Part shown: positions 27,407 to 36,634 of the stretch, piece after piece | Layout: each line of letters starts with the position of its first letter | Numbering within the stretch: the stretch's first letter is position 1 | DNA from: Clostridia bacterium | Lineage (GTDB): Bacteria > Bacillota > Clostridia > Oscillospirales > CAG-272 | Assembly: GCA_017505785.1 (NCBI GenBank) | Contig: JAFVOQ010000004.1 | Coordinates: forward strand, 733-64,732 | Reading direction: 5' to 3' | Length of the DNA: 64,000 nt | Made by a program: the position numbers and the translations under genes | Notes under the pieces: generated by a model | What the model saw: only the letters and a program-made list of their open reading frames with translations | What the model was told of the DNA's origin: nothing | The model's database searches: none

Positions 27407-28504
27407 ATGAAAAACACCTACGGCAACAATCTTACCCTTTCTGTGTTTGGCGGCTCGCACGACAGCGAGATCGGCATGACACTTGAGGGGTTTCCCTCGG
27501 GCTTGCAGCTTGATCTTGGCGCACTGCACGCCCTTATGGCACGCCGCGCCCCCGGCTCAACGCCGCTTGGCACGCCGCGCCGCGAATCCGACCTGCCGAT
27601 TTTTACAAAGGGGCTTGATGAAAACGGTGTCACAACGGGCGAGATGCTTCGTGCCGTGATCCGAAACGAGAACACACGCTCCTCGGATTACAGCTTCGTT
27701 TACGACACGCCGCGACCCGGTCACGCTGATTTTGCCGCGCTGAAAAAGTACGGCAACGGTGTGGATCTTGCGGGCGGTGGGCGATTTTCCGGGCGTCTTA
27801 CGGCTCCCCTTTGCATTGCGGGGGGGCTGTGCCTGCAATATCTTGAAAAAAGAGGCATTCGCATCGGTGCTCATATCGCCTCGGTTGGCGCAGTAAAGGA
27901 TACCGCATTTGACCCCGTTACCGAAAATACAGCTCTGTTTGACAGGCTTGCCACACAGTCGCTTGCTGTAATTGACCAAGCGGCAGGCGAAAAAATGGCT
28001 GCTGTGATCCGCGAAGCACGCGCAGCGGGTGACTCGGTGGGTGGCACGGTGGAATGTATGATAACAGGACTGCCCACAGGACTTGGCGAGCATATGTTTG
28101 ACGGTGTGGAGGGTAGGCTTTCCTGTGCGCTCTTTTCCATTCCCGCCGTAAAGGGTGTGGAATTTGGCGCGGGATTTGCCGCAGCGCAAATGACGGGCAG
28201 CGAGAACAACGACCCGTTTGTAACCGACGGCAAGCGCGTATTTACCGAAACAAACAACTGCGGTGGCATTCTCGGCGGCATGACCAACGGTATGCCTGTG
28301 GTATTCCGCATTGCCGTGAAGCCCACGCCCTCGATCGCACGGGAGCAACGCACCGTTTCACTGCAAAGAATGGAAAATACCACACTTAAGATCGGAGGGC
28401 GGCACGACCCCTGCATCCTGCCCCGCGTAGTGCCCGTGGTAGAGGCGGTAGCCGCCATTGCCGTAATGGATCTTTTACTGGATGAAATGAGGGAACAGCT
28501 ATGA
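27407..28504 (+). CDS. aroC: Chorismate synthase
   Basis: MKNTYGNNLTLSVFGGSHDSEIGMTLEGFP..., plus GGRFSGRLTA and GGRHDPC. The start is 1 nt after the aroA stop. Confidence 0.95.
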   Translation: MKNTYGNNLTLSVFGGSHDSEIGMTLEGFPSGLQLDLGALHALMARRAPGSTPLGTPRRESDLPIFTKGLDENGVTTGEMLRAVIRNENTRSSDYSFVYDTPRPGHADFAALKKYGNGVDLAGGGRFSGRLTAPLCIAGGLCLQYLEKRGIRIGAHIASVGAVKDTAFDPVTENTALFDRLATQSLAVIDQAAGEKMAAVIREARAAGDSVGGTVECMITGLPTGLGEHMFDGVEGRLSCALFSIPAVKGVEFGAGFAAAQMTGSENNDPFVTDGKRVFTETNNCGGILGGMTNGMPVVFRIAVKPTPSIAREQRTVSLQRMENTTLKIGGRHDPCILPRVVPVVEAVAAIAVMDLLLDEMREQL

Positions 28505-29664
28505 ACGATACCGAAAAAAAGCCACTTGACCTGGGTGAGCTGCGCCGCGAGATCGACCGCATTGATACCGACCTCGTTTCACTTTTTGCGGCACGCATGA
28601 GCATAAGTGCGGGTGTTGCCGAATACAAGCGTGCCTCGGGCATGGCGGTCACAGACCCCACGCGTGAGGCGGCACTGCTTGACCGCGTGGCGGCGATCTC
28701 CCCCAAGGATTTTGCCGATTACACGCGCACGCTTTACACCAACATCCTTTCCCTTTCCCGCGCCTATCAGCACGCAAGGCTTGGCTCCGAAACATCGCTT
28801 GCGCAAGAAATTACACGTGCGACCGAAAACACGCCAAAAGCCTTTCCCTGTGCTGCCAAGGTTGCCTGTCAGGGCACGGACGGCGCTTACTCCTGCAAGG
28901 CTGCCGAGCGACTGTTTGAGCACCCTGATATTCAGCATTACACACACTTTGCCGACGTATTTACCGCCATTGAACGCGAGGAGTGCCGTTACGGCGTGCT
29001 CCCCATTGAAAACAGCACGGCGGGGTCTGTGACCGAGATCTACGATCTCATGTCAAAGCACCGCTTTTACATCGTGCGCGCGCTAAAGCTTGACATCGAT
29101 CACTGCCTGCTCGCCAAGCGAGGCACTAAGCTACAGGATATTACCGAGATCGTTTCGCACAAGCAGGCACTTTTGCAATGCGCCGCATTTCTTGCAAAGC
29201 ACCCGCACGTGAAGGTGACCGAAATGGAAAACACCGCGGTAGCGGCGCGCTATGTGGCAGAAAGCCATGGCTGTGTTGCCGCGATTGCGGGGCGCGACTG
29301 TGCCGCGCTCTATGACCTTGACCTCCTTGCCGAGGGCATTTGTGACAGCGCGCGCAACCGCACACGCTTTATCTGCATTTCCAAAACACCCGAGATTTAT
29401 GAGGGCGCTGACAAAACCAGCCTTATTCTTACCATTCCCCATAAGCCCGGTGCTCTTTCACGCTTGCTCACGCGCTTTGATGCGTTGCGCATCAACCTCA
29501 CCAAGCTCGAATCGCGCCCGATACCCGACCGCGATTTTGAGTTCCGCTTTTACTTTGATCTGGTAGCACCCGCCAACTCCCCTGCACTCTCGCATCTTTT
29601 AGCAGAGCTGTGCGGTGAGCACGAGGAGTTCCGCTATCTTGGCACATACACTGAAATACAATGA
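28501..29664 (+). CDS. pheA: Bifunctional chorismate mutase / prephenate dehydratase (with ACT domain)
   Basis: The N-terminal LRREIDRIDTDLVSLFAARMSISAGVAEYK is chorismate mutase. It is followed by VACQGTDGAYS, PIENSTAGSV and TRFICI (prephenate dehydratase) and a C-terminal ACT-like region. Confidence 0.9.
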   Translation: MNDTEKKPLDLGELRREIDRIDTDLVSLFAARMSISAGVAEYKRASGMAVTDPTREAALLDRVAAISPKDFADYTRTLYTNILSLSRAYQHARLGSETSLAQEITRATENTPKAFPCAAKVACQGTDGAYSCKAAERLFEHPDIQHYTHFADVFTAIEREECRYGVLPIENSTAGSVTEIYDLMSKHRFYIVRALKLDIDHCLLAKRGTKLQDITEIVSHKQALLQCAAFLAKHPHVKVTEMENTAVAARYVAESHGCVAAIAGRDCAALYDLDLLAEGICDSARNRTRFICISKTPEIYEGADKTSLILTIPHKPGALSRLLTRFDALRINLTKLESRPIPDRDFEFRFYFDLVAPANSPALSHLLAELCGEHEEFRYLGTYTEIQ

Positions 29665-29671
29665 GGTTTAT

Positions 29672-30916
29672 ATGGCACTTCAAGAAAAAAAACAACTGCG
29701 GGCAGGCTTGATCGGCTCGCATTTGTCGCACAGCTTTTCCCCACAGATCCACGCGGCACTTGCCGATTACGAATACCGCTTATTTGAGCTTGAGGCAAGT
29801 GAGCTGGGCAATTTTTTGACAAAGCATGATTTTGATGCTCTTAACGTGACAGCACCCTATAAAAAGGATGTGATTCCCTACCTTGCGCGCCTTTCCGATG
29901 CTGCCGCGCGTATCGGTGCCGTCAACACCATAGTGCGCGAGCAGGACGGATCGCTGTCGGGCTACAACACCGATTACGACGGTCTTACAGACCTGATTCA
30001 TGATCTTGGCGTACCCTTTGCCAATAAAAAGGTGCTTGTGCTTGGCTCGGGCGGCGCCTCACGTACCGCCGTTACCGTGGCAACCGACATGGGGGCAGGC
30101 GCGGTGGTGGTGATCTCACGCAGTGGCGAGGATCACTACGGCAATCTCGAAAAGCACAGGGATGCCGCGATCATCATCAATACAACGCCCGTTGGCATGT
30201 ATCCCCATAACGGTGAAGCACCGCTATCCCTTTCGCACTTCCCCCGACTTGAAGCGGTAATTGATGTGATCTACAATCCTGCGCGCACCGCACTCCTGCA
30301 AGAAGCACAAGCGCGCGGTATTCCCTGCCAAAACGGGCTTTTGATGCTGGTTTCGCAGGCGCGGCGCGCGGCGGAGCTCTTTTTACAAACCACACTCCCT
30401 GCTACACTTTCCCAAAAAATTGCCGCCGACATGGCACGCAAGGCTGAAAACATTATCCTCATCGGCATGCCCGGCTGCGGCAAAACAACGCTTGGCAAGC
30501 TGCTTGCCAAGGAGCTTGGCCGTACGTTTGCGGATGCCGATGCCCTTCTTGAAAAGGAAGCGGGGCTCACGATCCCCGAGATCTTTCAGCGCGAGGGAGA
30601 AGCAGGCTTTCGGGCACGTGAAGCCGCCGTGCTAAAAAAGCTTGGCTGTGAAAAGGGACAGGTGATCGCTACAGGGGGCGGATGCGTGACGGTAGCAGAA
30701 AATTATCCCTCCCTGCACCAAAACGGAAGGATCCTTTTTCTTGACTGTGACCCCAAGGGCCTTCCAACCGAGGGCAGACCGCTTTCAAGCGCGCGCTCAC
30801 CCGAGATATTGTACCGCGAACGCTTGCCGCTTTATCAAAAATTTGCAGACATTACCGTTGGCGTCACACGTGACGTAGAAGAAAACCTAAAACGCATTAA
30901 GGAGGCACTCAAATGA
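29672..30916 (+). CDS. aroE: Fusion protein: shikimate dehydrogenase (AroE) + shikimate kinase (AroK)
   Basis: The N-terminal half has SHSFSPQIH, NVTAPYKKDV, NTDYDG and GSGGASR. The C-terminal half has IILIGMPGCGKTTLGKLLA (P-loop) and IFQREGEAGFRAREAAVL. The start at ATG 29672 has a GAGG RBS. Confidence 0.9.
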   Translation: MALQEKKQLRAGLIGSHLSHSFSPQIHAALADYEYRLFELEASELGNFLTKHDFDALNVTAPYKKDVIPYLARLSDAAARIGAVNTIVREQDGSLSGYNTDYDGLTDLIHDLGVPFANKKVLVLGSGGASRTAVTVATDMGAGAVVVISRSGEDHYGNLEKHRDAAIIINTTPVGMYPHNGEAPLSLSHFPRLEAVIDVIYNPARTALLQEAQARGIPCQNGLLMLVSQARRAAELFLQTTLPATLSQKIAADMARKAENIILIGMPGCGKTTLGKLLAKELGRTFADADALLEKEAGLTIPEIFQREGEAGFRAREAAVLKKLGCEKGQVIATGGGCVTVAENYPSLHQNGRILFLDCDPKGLPTEGRPLSSARSPEILYRERLPLYQKFADITVGVTRDVEENLKRIKEALK

Positions 30917-31344
30917 AGCTGCTTGTGATCAACGGACCCAACCTCAATATGCTCGGCATCCGCGAGCCCGAAATATACGGCGAGCGCAATTACGCCTCGC
31001 TTTGCGCCTACATTACCGATGCCGCCGCCGAGGCAGGTGTATCCTGCGAGATCTACCAATCCAATCATGAGGGTGCGATCGTAGATAAAATACAAGAAGC
31101 ATACAGCAAGGTTGACGGCATTGTGATAAACCCCGCCGCCTACACACATACCAGTGTAGCGATCGCCGATGCGCTTTCTGCCGTCGCGATCCCAACGGTT
31201 GAGGTGCATTTATCCGACGTGACAAAGCGTGAGAGCTTCCGCCACCACTCCTTTGTTGCACCGATTGCTAAAAAAACCTATATGGGACTTGGCTTTGAGG
31301 GATACAAAAAAGCCATTCGCTATCTTACAAAGAATGAAGATTAA
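30913..31344 (+). CDS. aroQ: Type II 3-dehydroquinate dehydratase
   Basis: MKLLVINGPNLNMLGIREPEIYG, NPAAYTHTS and EVHLSD motifs. Confidence 0.96.
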   Translation: MKLLVINGPNLNMLGIREPEIYGERNYASLCAYITDAAAEAGVSCEIYQSNHEGAIVDKIQEAYSKVDGIVINPAAYTHTSVAIADALSAVAIPTVEVHLSDVTKRESFRHHSFVAPIAKKTYMGLGFEGYKKAIRYLTKNED

Positions 31345-31353
31345 ACAAAAAGA

Positions 31354-31397
31354 GGCTGTCGCAAATTTTTTGCAATTTGCGACAGCCCCTTTTTTCT
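31354..31397 (+). terminator. Rho-independent terminator ending the aro operon
   Basis: GGCTGTCGCAAATT ttttgc AATTTGCGACAGCC followed by CCTTTTTTCT. Confidence 0.88.
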
Positions 31398-31578
31398 CTT
31401 TCACTCGACATTTCCAAACATTTTGTGTTATTTTCCAATTTTGCAATATATTTTTTCTAATTTTATTTTTTGATTTTTCTTGATTTTATCAAACAGTGCC
31501 CGAGAATTTTCGCGTTTTCAAAAAACGACTTTTTTGGGCGTTGCCAAAGCCCTTGTCAACGCCCAACCTTTTTTCGCT

Positions 31579-31791
31579 TTAAGAATGAAAGATTTTTACG
31601 CTCAAAATGCTATCCACGCGCTCCACCTTTACCACGCGCTGACCCGTTTTATCGGTGTAAAAAATTTTGATCCACTCATCATCAACATCAAGCACCTCGC
31701 AAACGATATCCGCACTCTCTGTAAGATATTCCGCCTCATCGTTTTTGATGCTGCAGCAGCAGTTTTTCAGCCCGAGCAACATATCAGACAT
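31579..31791 (-). CDS. Small hypothetical protein (70 aa, CCC motif)
   Basis: Internal ATG 31791 has an AGGGGGA RBS. The protein reads MSDMLLGLKNCCCSIKNDEAEYLTESADIVCEVLDVDDEWIKIFYTDKTGQRVVKVERVDSILSVKIFHS. I recognise no family. Confidence 0.45.
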   Translation of the reverse strand: MSDMLLGLKNCCCSIKNDEAEYLTESADIVCEVLDVDDEWIKIFYTDKTGQRVVKVERVDSILSVKIFHS

Positions 31792-31918
31792 AACAAAAAT
31801 CCCCCTTGTGCAAAAAATTGAACTAGTTTTGGAGTGGCACTCACAGGAGCGCACGCCAAACCGACAATTCCATTTTTTACACATTAGGGGGATTTTATAC
31901 AGGCTATGTCAAAAATTT

Positions 31919-32122
31919 TCACAGATCCAAAAGGTACACCTGATCCGTATCATATACAACCGCCTTTTTTTCAAGCTCATCCTTTTTTTCGTTGTTATGG
32001 ATCACCTCCGCCACGCGATTAAAGGCGATGATCACCGCCACAACAAAAATTATAACGATAAGCAAGCGTATGATCAAGGTAAGGGGCGAGGTGTTGCCAC
32101 CCTTTTTTCTTTTTTTCGACAT
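31919..32122 (-). CDS. Small bitopic membrane protein, DivIC/FtsB-like by position and shape
   Basis: MSKKRKKGGNTSPLTLIIRLLIVIIFVVAVIIAFNRVAEVIHNNEKKDELEKK... has a basic N-terminus, one TM helix and a short charged coil. It follows yabQ, as divIC does in Bacillus. The assignment is positional. Confidence 0.4.
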   Translation of the reverse strand: MSKKRKKGGNTSPLTLIIRLLIVIIFVVAVIIAFNRVAEVIHNNEKKDELEKKAVVYDTDQVYLLDL

Positions 32123-32766
32123 CTTTTTTTCATTCCTTTTTGAGTTACGTTTTTTTCGGTTGCACAGGGCGAAAGCCCCGCCTTGGCAGCAGTTAACTGT
32201 GCACGGCACATTGCCGCCGAACGCCGCAGGCTTAGCAGCAGAAACAAGGCTTTTGCGCCACGTGAAGCAGGCGCAACACAGAATTTTAATATCATGCGCC
32301 ACAAAAATTTCGGTGGCAAAAGCAACAGCGTTCGCAAATAGAGCCAAAGTACGGCAAGACCAAAGGCGACAAGTGCAAAAATTTTTGCCATACGTGCCGA
32401 AAAAAGCACGCGCCAAGTGCCAAGCCCAAGCAAAAGAAGAACAAAAGCACTGATGCGGAGCTTGCCGCTGTTAAAACAAAACAAAATATAAAGCAAATAA
32501 AATGCGGTGCATATGGGAAAGGCAAAATCACACAAAAAGGAAACACCTGCCGCAAACGCACGGCGCGCAGGCGCAGTACGCCAGCCAACACCGCGTGAAA
32601 GCCACGGCAAGCTGCGCTCGTAAAGCGGTTTGTACGAGGGGGACGGCAGATACGCACCCAACAAAATACGCAATATCTTACCGAGCTCCGCTAAAATACC
32701 AAGTCCAATTCCGCCAAAAAACGCTGCAAAATAAAGCGACAGCTGCGCTATGGGATCAATCGTCAT
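32074..32766 (-). CDS. yabQ: Spore cortex biosynthesis protein YabQ
   Basis: Polytopic membrane protein with FNSGKLRISAFVLLLLG (compare the Bacillus YabQ VNEGELRFYIFLAVLCG). It lies immediately after yabP. Confidence 0.75.
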   Translation of the reverse strand: MTIDPIAQLSLYFAAFFGGIGLGILAELGKILRILLGAYLPSPSYKPLYERSLPWLSRGVGWRTAPARRAFAAGVSFLCDFAFPICTAFYLLYILFCFNSGKLRISAFVLLLLGLGTWRVLFSARMAKIFALVAFGLAVLWLYLRTLLLLPPKFLWRMILKFCVAPASRGAKALFLLLSLRRSAAMCRAQLTAAKAGLSPCATEKNVTQKGMKKRCRKKEKRVATPRPLP

Positions 32767-32768
32767 TT

Positions 32769-33065
32769 TTACCGCCTAACGCCGCCAAAAAAGCCTTTTT
32801 TTCTGGTTTGGTTGGTTTCGGCGTAGTAAAGCCCACAGATCTTGCCATCTATCACCAAGAGCCCACGCGCTATATCAAGCGTTCCCACGCGAAGCCCTAC
32901 ACCCTCAACCGTCAGCTCGCCGCAAACGGTTGCAAGCACCACACACTCCTCATCAAAGCTGTTTACCTCCGTCACGCCGGAAATCTCCGCGTGCTCACGC
33001 GCGAGCAGCGAAAGGGTGTGCTGCTTTGCATCTTGCCCCGCGCTCGGTTCCTTAAAGTCCACCAT
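32769..33065 (-). CDS. yabP: Sporulation protein YabP
   Basis: 98 aa with HTLSLLAREHAEISGVTEVNSFDEECVVLATVCGELTVEGVGLRV..., a typical YabP. Confidence 0.88.
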   Translation of the reverse strand: MVDFKEPSAGQDAKQHTLSLLAREHAEISGVTEVNSFDEECVVLATVCGELTVEGVGLRVGTLDIARGLLVIDGKICGLYYAETNQTRKKGFFGGVRR

Positions 33066-33151
33066 TGCTTACCTCCACCGATTGATATCGGTAAACTATA
33101 TGTGAACCGTGACATTTTTATTCAAAATCTTCGGCAAGTTGGAAGCGTCCT

Positions 33152-33187
33152 TAGCCGCACAGGAGTCGAACACACAAGGTCTCGTGG
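33152..33187 (-). repeat. Degenerate copy of the tRNA-minihelix-like repeat
   Basis: TAGCCGCACAGGAGTCGAACACACAAGGTCTCGTGG matches the 55133-55170 element at about 30 of 38 positions by my own alignment, in the same orientation. Confidence 0.7.
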
Positions 33188-33394
33188 GGCATCTTTTCCG
33201 CAATACTTTGCCGAATTTTTCTTAAATATCCGCATATTTCTCAAAAAATTCGACTCGTCTTGCAAAAAACCTATCCCCCCGAGACTGCAATGCACCCTGC
33301 GGCAAAAAAATTTTTGATGGATTTTACCGTGGCAAGGTGAAGATAAGTGTGGACTTTTCAAGACTTGACACGGTAAAAGACGCGAAAATTTATC

Positions 33395-33430
33395 GCCGCA
33401 GGGCTTATGGGTTTGACTCCCGTGCGGCTA
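33395..33430 (+). repeat. tRNA-minihelix-like repeat, inverted relative to 33152-33187
   Basis: GCCGCAGGGCTTATGGGTTTGACTCCCGTGCGGCTA differs from the reverse complement of 55133-55168 by one base. Confidence 0.85.
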
Positions 33431-33458
33431 GGCAATGCGTTCGGCTTTGGCGGTAAAT

Positions 33459-33701
33459 TTATTCAATCACCTCATAAAGGCTTGCGGCATCAGCCTTTCC
33501 CGCAATCTCCTTTACGGTTGTAACACGAATTTTTAGCGTGCGCGCCCCAAATGCCACCTCGATGACATCATTTTCCTTTACCTCATACGATGCCTTTGCC
33601 GGGCGACCGTTTACGGTAACACGTGCAGCATCGCAAGCATCGTTTGCAACGGTGCGACGCTTAATGATGCGGGATACCTTTAAATACTTATCAAGTCTCA
33701 T
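33459..33701 (-). CDS. yabO: S4-domain RNA-binding protein (YabO/HslR-like)
   Basis: MRLDKYLKVSRIIKRRTVANDACDAARVTVNGRPAKASYEVKENDVIEV is an S4 domain. GGAG lies before ATG 33701. Confidence 0.88.
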   Translation of the reverse strand: MRLDKYLKVSRIIKRRTVANDACDAARVTVNGRPAKASYEVKENDVIEVAFGARTLKIRVTTVKEIAGKADAASLYEVIE

Positions 33702-33759
33702 TTTTTCTCCAAAAAACACGCGGCGAGGAAGCCCCCGCCGCGTATTTTATCACATTTGA

Positions 33760-34032
33760 TTACTGAACAGCTTCTTTGAGAGCCTTGCCAGCAGCAAAGG
33801 TGGGAACCTTGGCAGCTGCAACTTCGATTGTTTCGCCGGTGCGAGGATTGCGTGCAGTTCTTGCAGCGCGCGCCTTAACGGCAAAGGTGCCAAAGCCTAC
33901 GAGCTGAATTTTATCGCCCGCTTTGAGTGCCTCTTTGATCGCTTCAACGGTTGCGTTGAGAGCTGCCTCTGCATCTTTCTTGGAAAGATCGCCCTTGGCT
34001 GCAATTACTTCGATCAGTTCTGCTTTGTTCAT
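33760..34032 (-). CDS. hup: DNA-binding protein HU
   Basis: [82 protein letters not shown]. Confidence 0.96.
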   Translation of the reverse strand: MNKAELIEVIAAKGDLSKKDAEAALNATVEAIKEALKAGDKIQLVGFGTFAVKARAARTARNPRTGETIEVAAAKVPTFAAGKALKEAVQ

Positions 34033-34141
34033 AGGTCTACACTTCCTTTCTGTTATGTTGGGAGCCGGACGATGAGCATTGCTCATCACAAAAGTAGTTT
34101 ACCATAAAATAAACAAAAAAGCAATAGGAAAAACAAAAAAA

Positions 34142-34969
34142 TTAGCGATTTTTCTCAGAAATTTTCATTTTTTTTACATTTTCCCACAATTTGTCCTTAT
34201 CTTGGTCGCTCATGTCAGCCAAATCCTTTCCCAAAGATGTAGCACACGCCTCTACTGCGGAAAAGCGTGCCACAAACTTATCGGTAGCCTTAGTGAGTGC
34301 CTCCTCGGGTTCAACGCCCACCAAGCGTGCAAGATTTGCTGCCGTAAAGAGAAGATCTCCGACCTCCTCCAAAACTTGATCGGGGTCTTTTTCGGCAAGT
34401 GCTGCCTCAACCTCTAAAAGCTCCTCGCGCGCCTTGCTCAAAATCGACGCAACATCGGGAAAATCTAGCACAGCTGCCTTCTTTCCGATCTTTGCGGCGC
34501 GCATAAGTGCCGGAAGCTGGCGCGGAATGGCATTCAGCTTATCGGTGACGGTGTTGCGGCTTTTTTCCTCGCTTTTGATCTTCTCCCAGTTGGAAAGCAC
34601 CTCGGCAACGCTATCTGCCTTTCCCTGCCCAAACACATGCGGATGTCGGTGAATCATTTTGCGGCAAACGTCACCTGCGATCTCGTCAAAGGTGGCGCGC
34701 CCTGCCTCCTCCTCGATGCGAGCGTGCATCACGATCTGCAAAAGTGCATCACCGAGCTCCTCGCGAAGAAGGGCGGGATCATCGTTGTCGATCGCCTCGA
34801 TCACCTCATAGGTTTCCTCAATAAAATCCTTACGCAGTGACTTGTGCGTTTGCTCCATATCCCACGGACAACCACCCGGCAGGCGTAACAGCTCTACTAT
34901 CCTAACCAGATCATCTGCGTTATATGCGTTTTTTTGTAAAATCTCCTGTAATTTTTCTTCTCTTGTCAC
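34142..34969 (-). CDS. mazG: Nucleoside triphosphate pyrophosphohydrolase MazG (tandem MazG domains)
   Basis: 275 aa with CPWDMEQTHKSL..ETYEVIEAI and a second EEVGDLLFTAANLAR repeat. Confidence 0.9.
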   Translation of the reverse strand: MTREEKLQEILQKNAYNADDLVRIVELLRLPGGCPWDMEQTHKSLRKDFIEETYEVIEAIDNDDPALLREELGDALLQIVMHARIEEEAGRATFDEIAGDVCRKMIHRHPHVFGQGKADSVAEVLSNWEKIKSEEKSRNTVTDKLNAIPRQLPALMRAAKIGKKAAVLDFPDVASILSKAREELLEVEAALAEKDPDQVLEEVGDLLFTAANLARLVGVEPEEALTKATDKFVARFSAVEACATSLGKDLADMSDQDKDKLWENVKKMKISEKNR

Positions 34970-36620
34970 GTTTTTTTACCTCACGCAATATATTGCATTT
35001 TTCAAGCACGCGGCAAATCCTATCGCCGCAGGGCAATTCCTCTATATCCTCACGCGACACTGCACCGAGGCACAGTGCCAAAAAGCCGTAAAAAGCCACT
35101 ACAAAAAGGAGCACCAGCGGCATTTGCCACAGTGCCTCATCAAAATACCGCAGCATGTAAAAATATCCAACACCGCCCCCAAGCACCGCAAGCGATGCGG
35201 CAAGAAGAGGACGCAAAAGCGCGCCGATCGGCACAGTGCGAAGGCTTACGGTACGCGAAAGCACCGCCATATTGATCGCCAAGACCGTTACGTTACAGGC
35301 AAGTGTGCTGATCGGTGCTCCCATGATATTGACGGTAGGGCAAGTAAGCAACGGCGCCTGAACCAAGAGCTTTACCGCCGCACCCACAAGCATGGACCAC
35401 ACGGGAACGGCTGCCTTATTTGCCGCCTGCAAAGCGGCACTCGTTAGGGCGATCAAAACGGCAGGCAACAGTGCCGGTGCAAGCACCGAAAGCAGCGGTG
35501 CCGCTATCGCAATGGCACTCTCCTGCCCCGCATACAGGAGTGAGAGTATGGGCTTTGCAAAAACCGAAAGTCCAAGAGCTGCAGGCAGGGCGATCAGGGA
35601 TGTCAGTCGCAACGCCTTAGAAAACGCAGCTCCCACGCCACGCGCATCCCCCCCGGCAAACGCCGCCGTCAGCGTGGGGGTAAGCGAAAGTGTGATCGGT
35701 GAGAGAAGTGCCGGCACAAGATTATAAAGCGGCACAGCAAGATTGCCGTAGCTGCTATACATGGCGTTGGCAATGCCGGGTGCAAAGCCACCCGCTTGCA
35801 GTCTGCTTGAAATAAGAACCGTATCGACCAAGCTGACAAGGCTCATGACAGAAGCACTGAGTGTAACGGGAAATGCCACGCGCAAAATCTCCCGAAGGAG
35901 GGCACGCCGTGAAGGCATTGGGCAAGCAGACGGCGAAAAAAGCGTTTTTCTTGCGACAAGCAAGGAGAGTGTAAGATAAAGGGCGGAAAGCAAAACACCC
36001 AAGGTAATGCCGAAAACAGCCGCGGCAGCCACCCCTTCCAAGCTTGCGCCGCGCGACCTTGCGAGCTGTGCCAGCGTTATGCCAAACACGAGCTTACCCA
36101 CCGCCTCAATGACCTCCGACAGGGCGGTTGGCACCATGTTGTGATGCCCCTGAAAAAGGCCGCGCGCAGCACCTGTGAATGCCGACAGCATGAGCGCAGG
36201 CGCGATTGCCATGAGTGAAAAAGCCGCCTCGCGCATCGACAGGCTCAAAGCGATCTGTTTGGCAAACACAGACAGCATCACAGTTCCCACCAAGCCGATC
36301 AACCCAAACACGGCAAGTGAAACACCGAAAATGCGCCCCACTGCGCCCCTTCTTCCACTTGCCACATGGCGTGACACAAGCAACGACAGCGCACTTGGCA
36401 GCCCAGAGGCGGACAGGACAAAAAGCAAGGAGTAGACGTGATATGCCGACAAAAAATATGCCATTCCCTCCACGCCCACGATCAGCAAAAGCGGTATTTT
36501 GTAAAAAAGACCAATGAGCTTAGCCAAAAGTGTTGCGGGGGTCAGTATCATGACCCCACGCATAAATTTTTTCTCCCGCACGGGAGAGGTTTGATCTGAC
36601 AAGCGTATCACCCCCGACAC
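34920..36620 (-). CDS. MOP-superfamily polysaccharide/lipid II flippase (SpoVB/YabM/MurJ-like)
   Basis: About 14 hydrophobic helices. The N-terminus GVMILTPATLLAKLIGLFYKIPLLLIVG is typical of SpoVB/MurJ. The position upstream of mazG matches Bacillus yabM. The start is uncertain (GTG 36620 or ATG 36563). Confidence 0.8.
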   Translation of the reverse strand: MSGVIRLSDQTSPVREKKFMRGVMILTPATLLAKLIGLFYKIPLLLIVGVEGMAYFLSAYHVYSLLFVLSASGLPSALSLLVSRHVASGRRGAVGRIFGVSLAVFGLIGLVGTVMLSVFAKQIALSLSMREAAFSLMAIAPALMLSAFTGAARGLFQGHHNMVPTALSEVIEAVGKLVFGITLAQLARSRGASLEGVAAAAVFGITLGVLLSALYLTLSLLVARKTLFSPSACPMPSRRALLREILRVAFPVTLSASVMSLVSLVDTVLISSRLQAGGFAPGIANAMYSSYGNLAVPLYNLVPALLSPITLSLTPTLTAAFAGGDARGVGAAFSKALRLTSLIALPAALGLSVFAKPILSLLYAGQESAIAIAAPLLSVLAPALLPAVLIALTSAALQAANKAAVPVWSMLVGAAVKLLVQAPLLTCPTVNIMGAPISTLACNVTVLAINMAVLSRTVSLRTVPIGALLRPLLAASLAVLGGGVGYFYMLRYFDEALWQMPLVLLFVVAFYGFLALCLGAVSREDIEELPCGDRICRVLEKCNILREVKKRDKRRKITGDFTKKRI

Positions 36621-36634
36621 GGGGCGCGCCCCTT

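Noticed and set aside
31534-31575. Hairpin TTGGCGTTG/CAACGCCCAA-type stem downstream of the 70-aa gene as its terminator.
   Set aside because: The T-run follows the stem on the plus strand, not on the minus strand where the gene lies. The orientation is ambiguous, so I did not call it.
33066-33458. I considered whether the ~390-nt ORF-free spacer could be tmRNA, RNase P RNA, 6S RNA or SRP RNA, given its TTCGACT T-loop-like motifs.
   Set aside because: Several expected features are missing: the tmRNA 5' GGGG/3' CCACCA acceptor pairing and tag ORF, the RNase P GAGGAAAGTCC box, and the SRP domain IV motif. In addition, the T-loop-like motifs belong to a dispersed 38-nt repeat.
36622-36633. GGGGCGCGCCCC palindrome between the hemZ-like and spoVB-like genes as a terminator.
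   Set aside because: It has no loop and no T-run, and it overlaps the possible GTG start/RBS region of the downstream gene.
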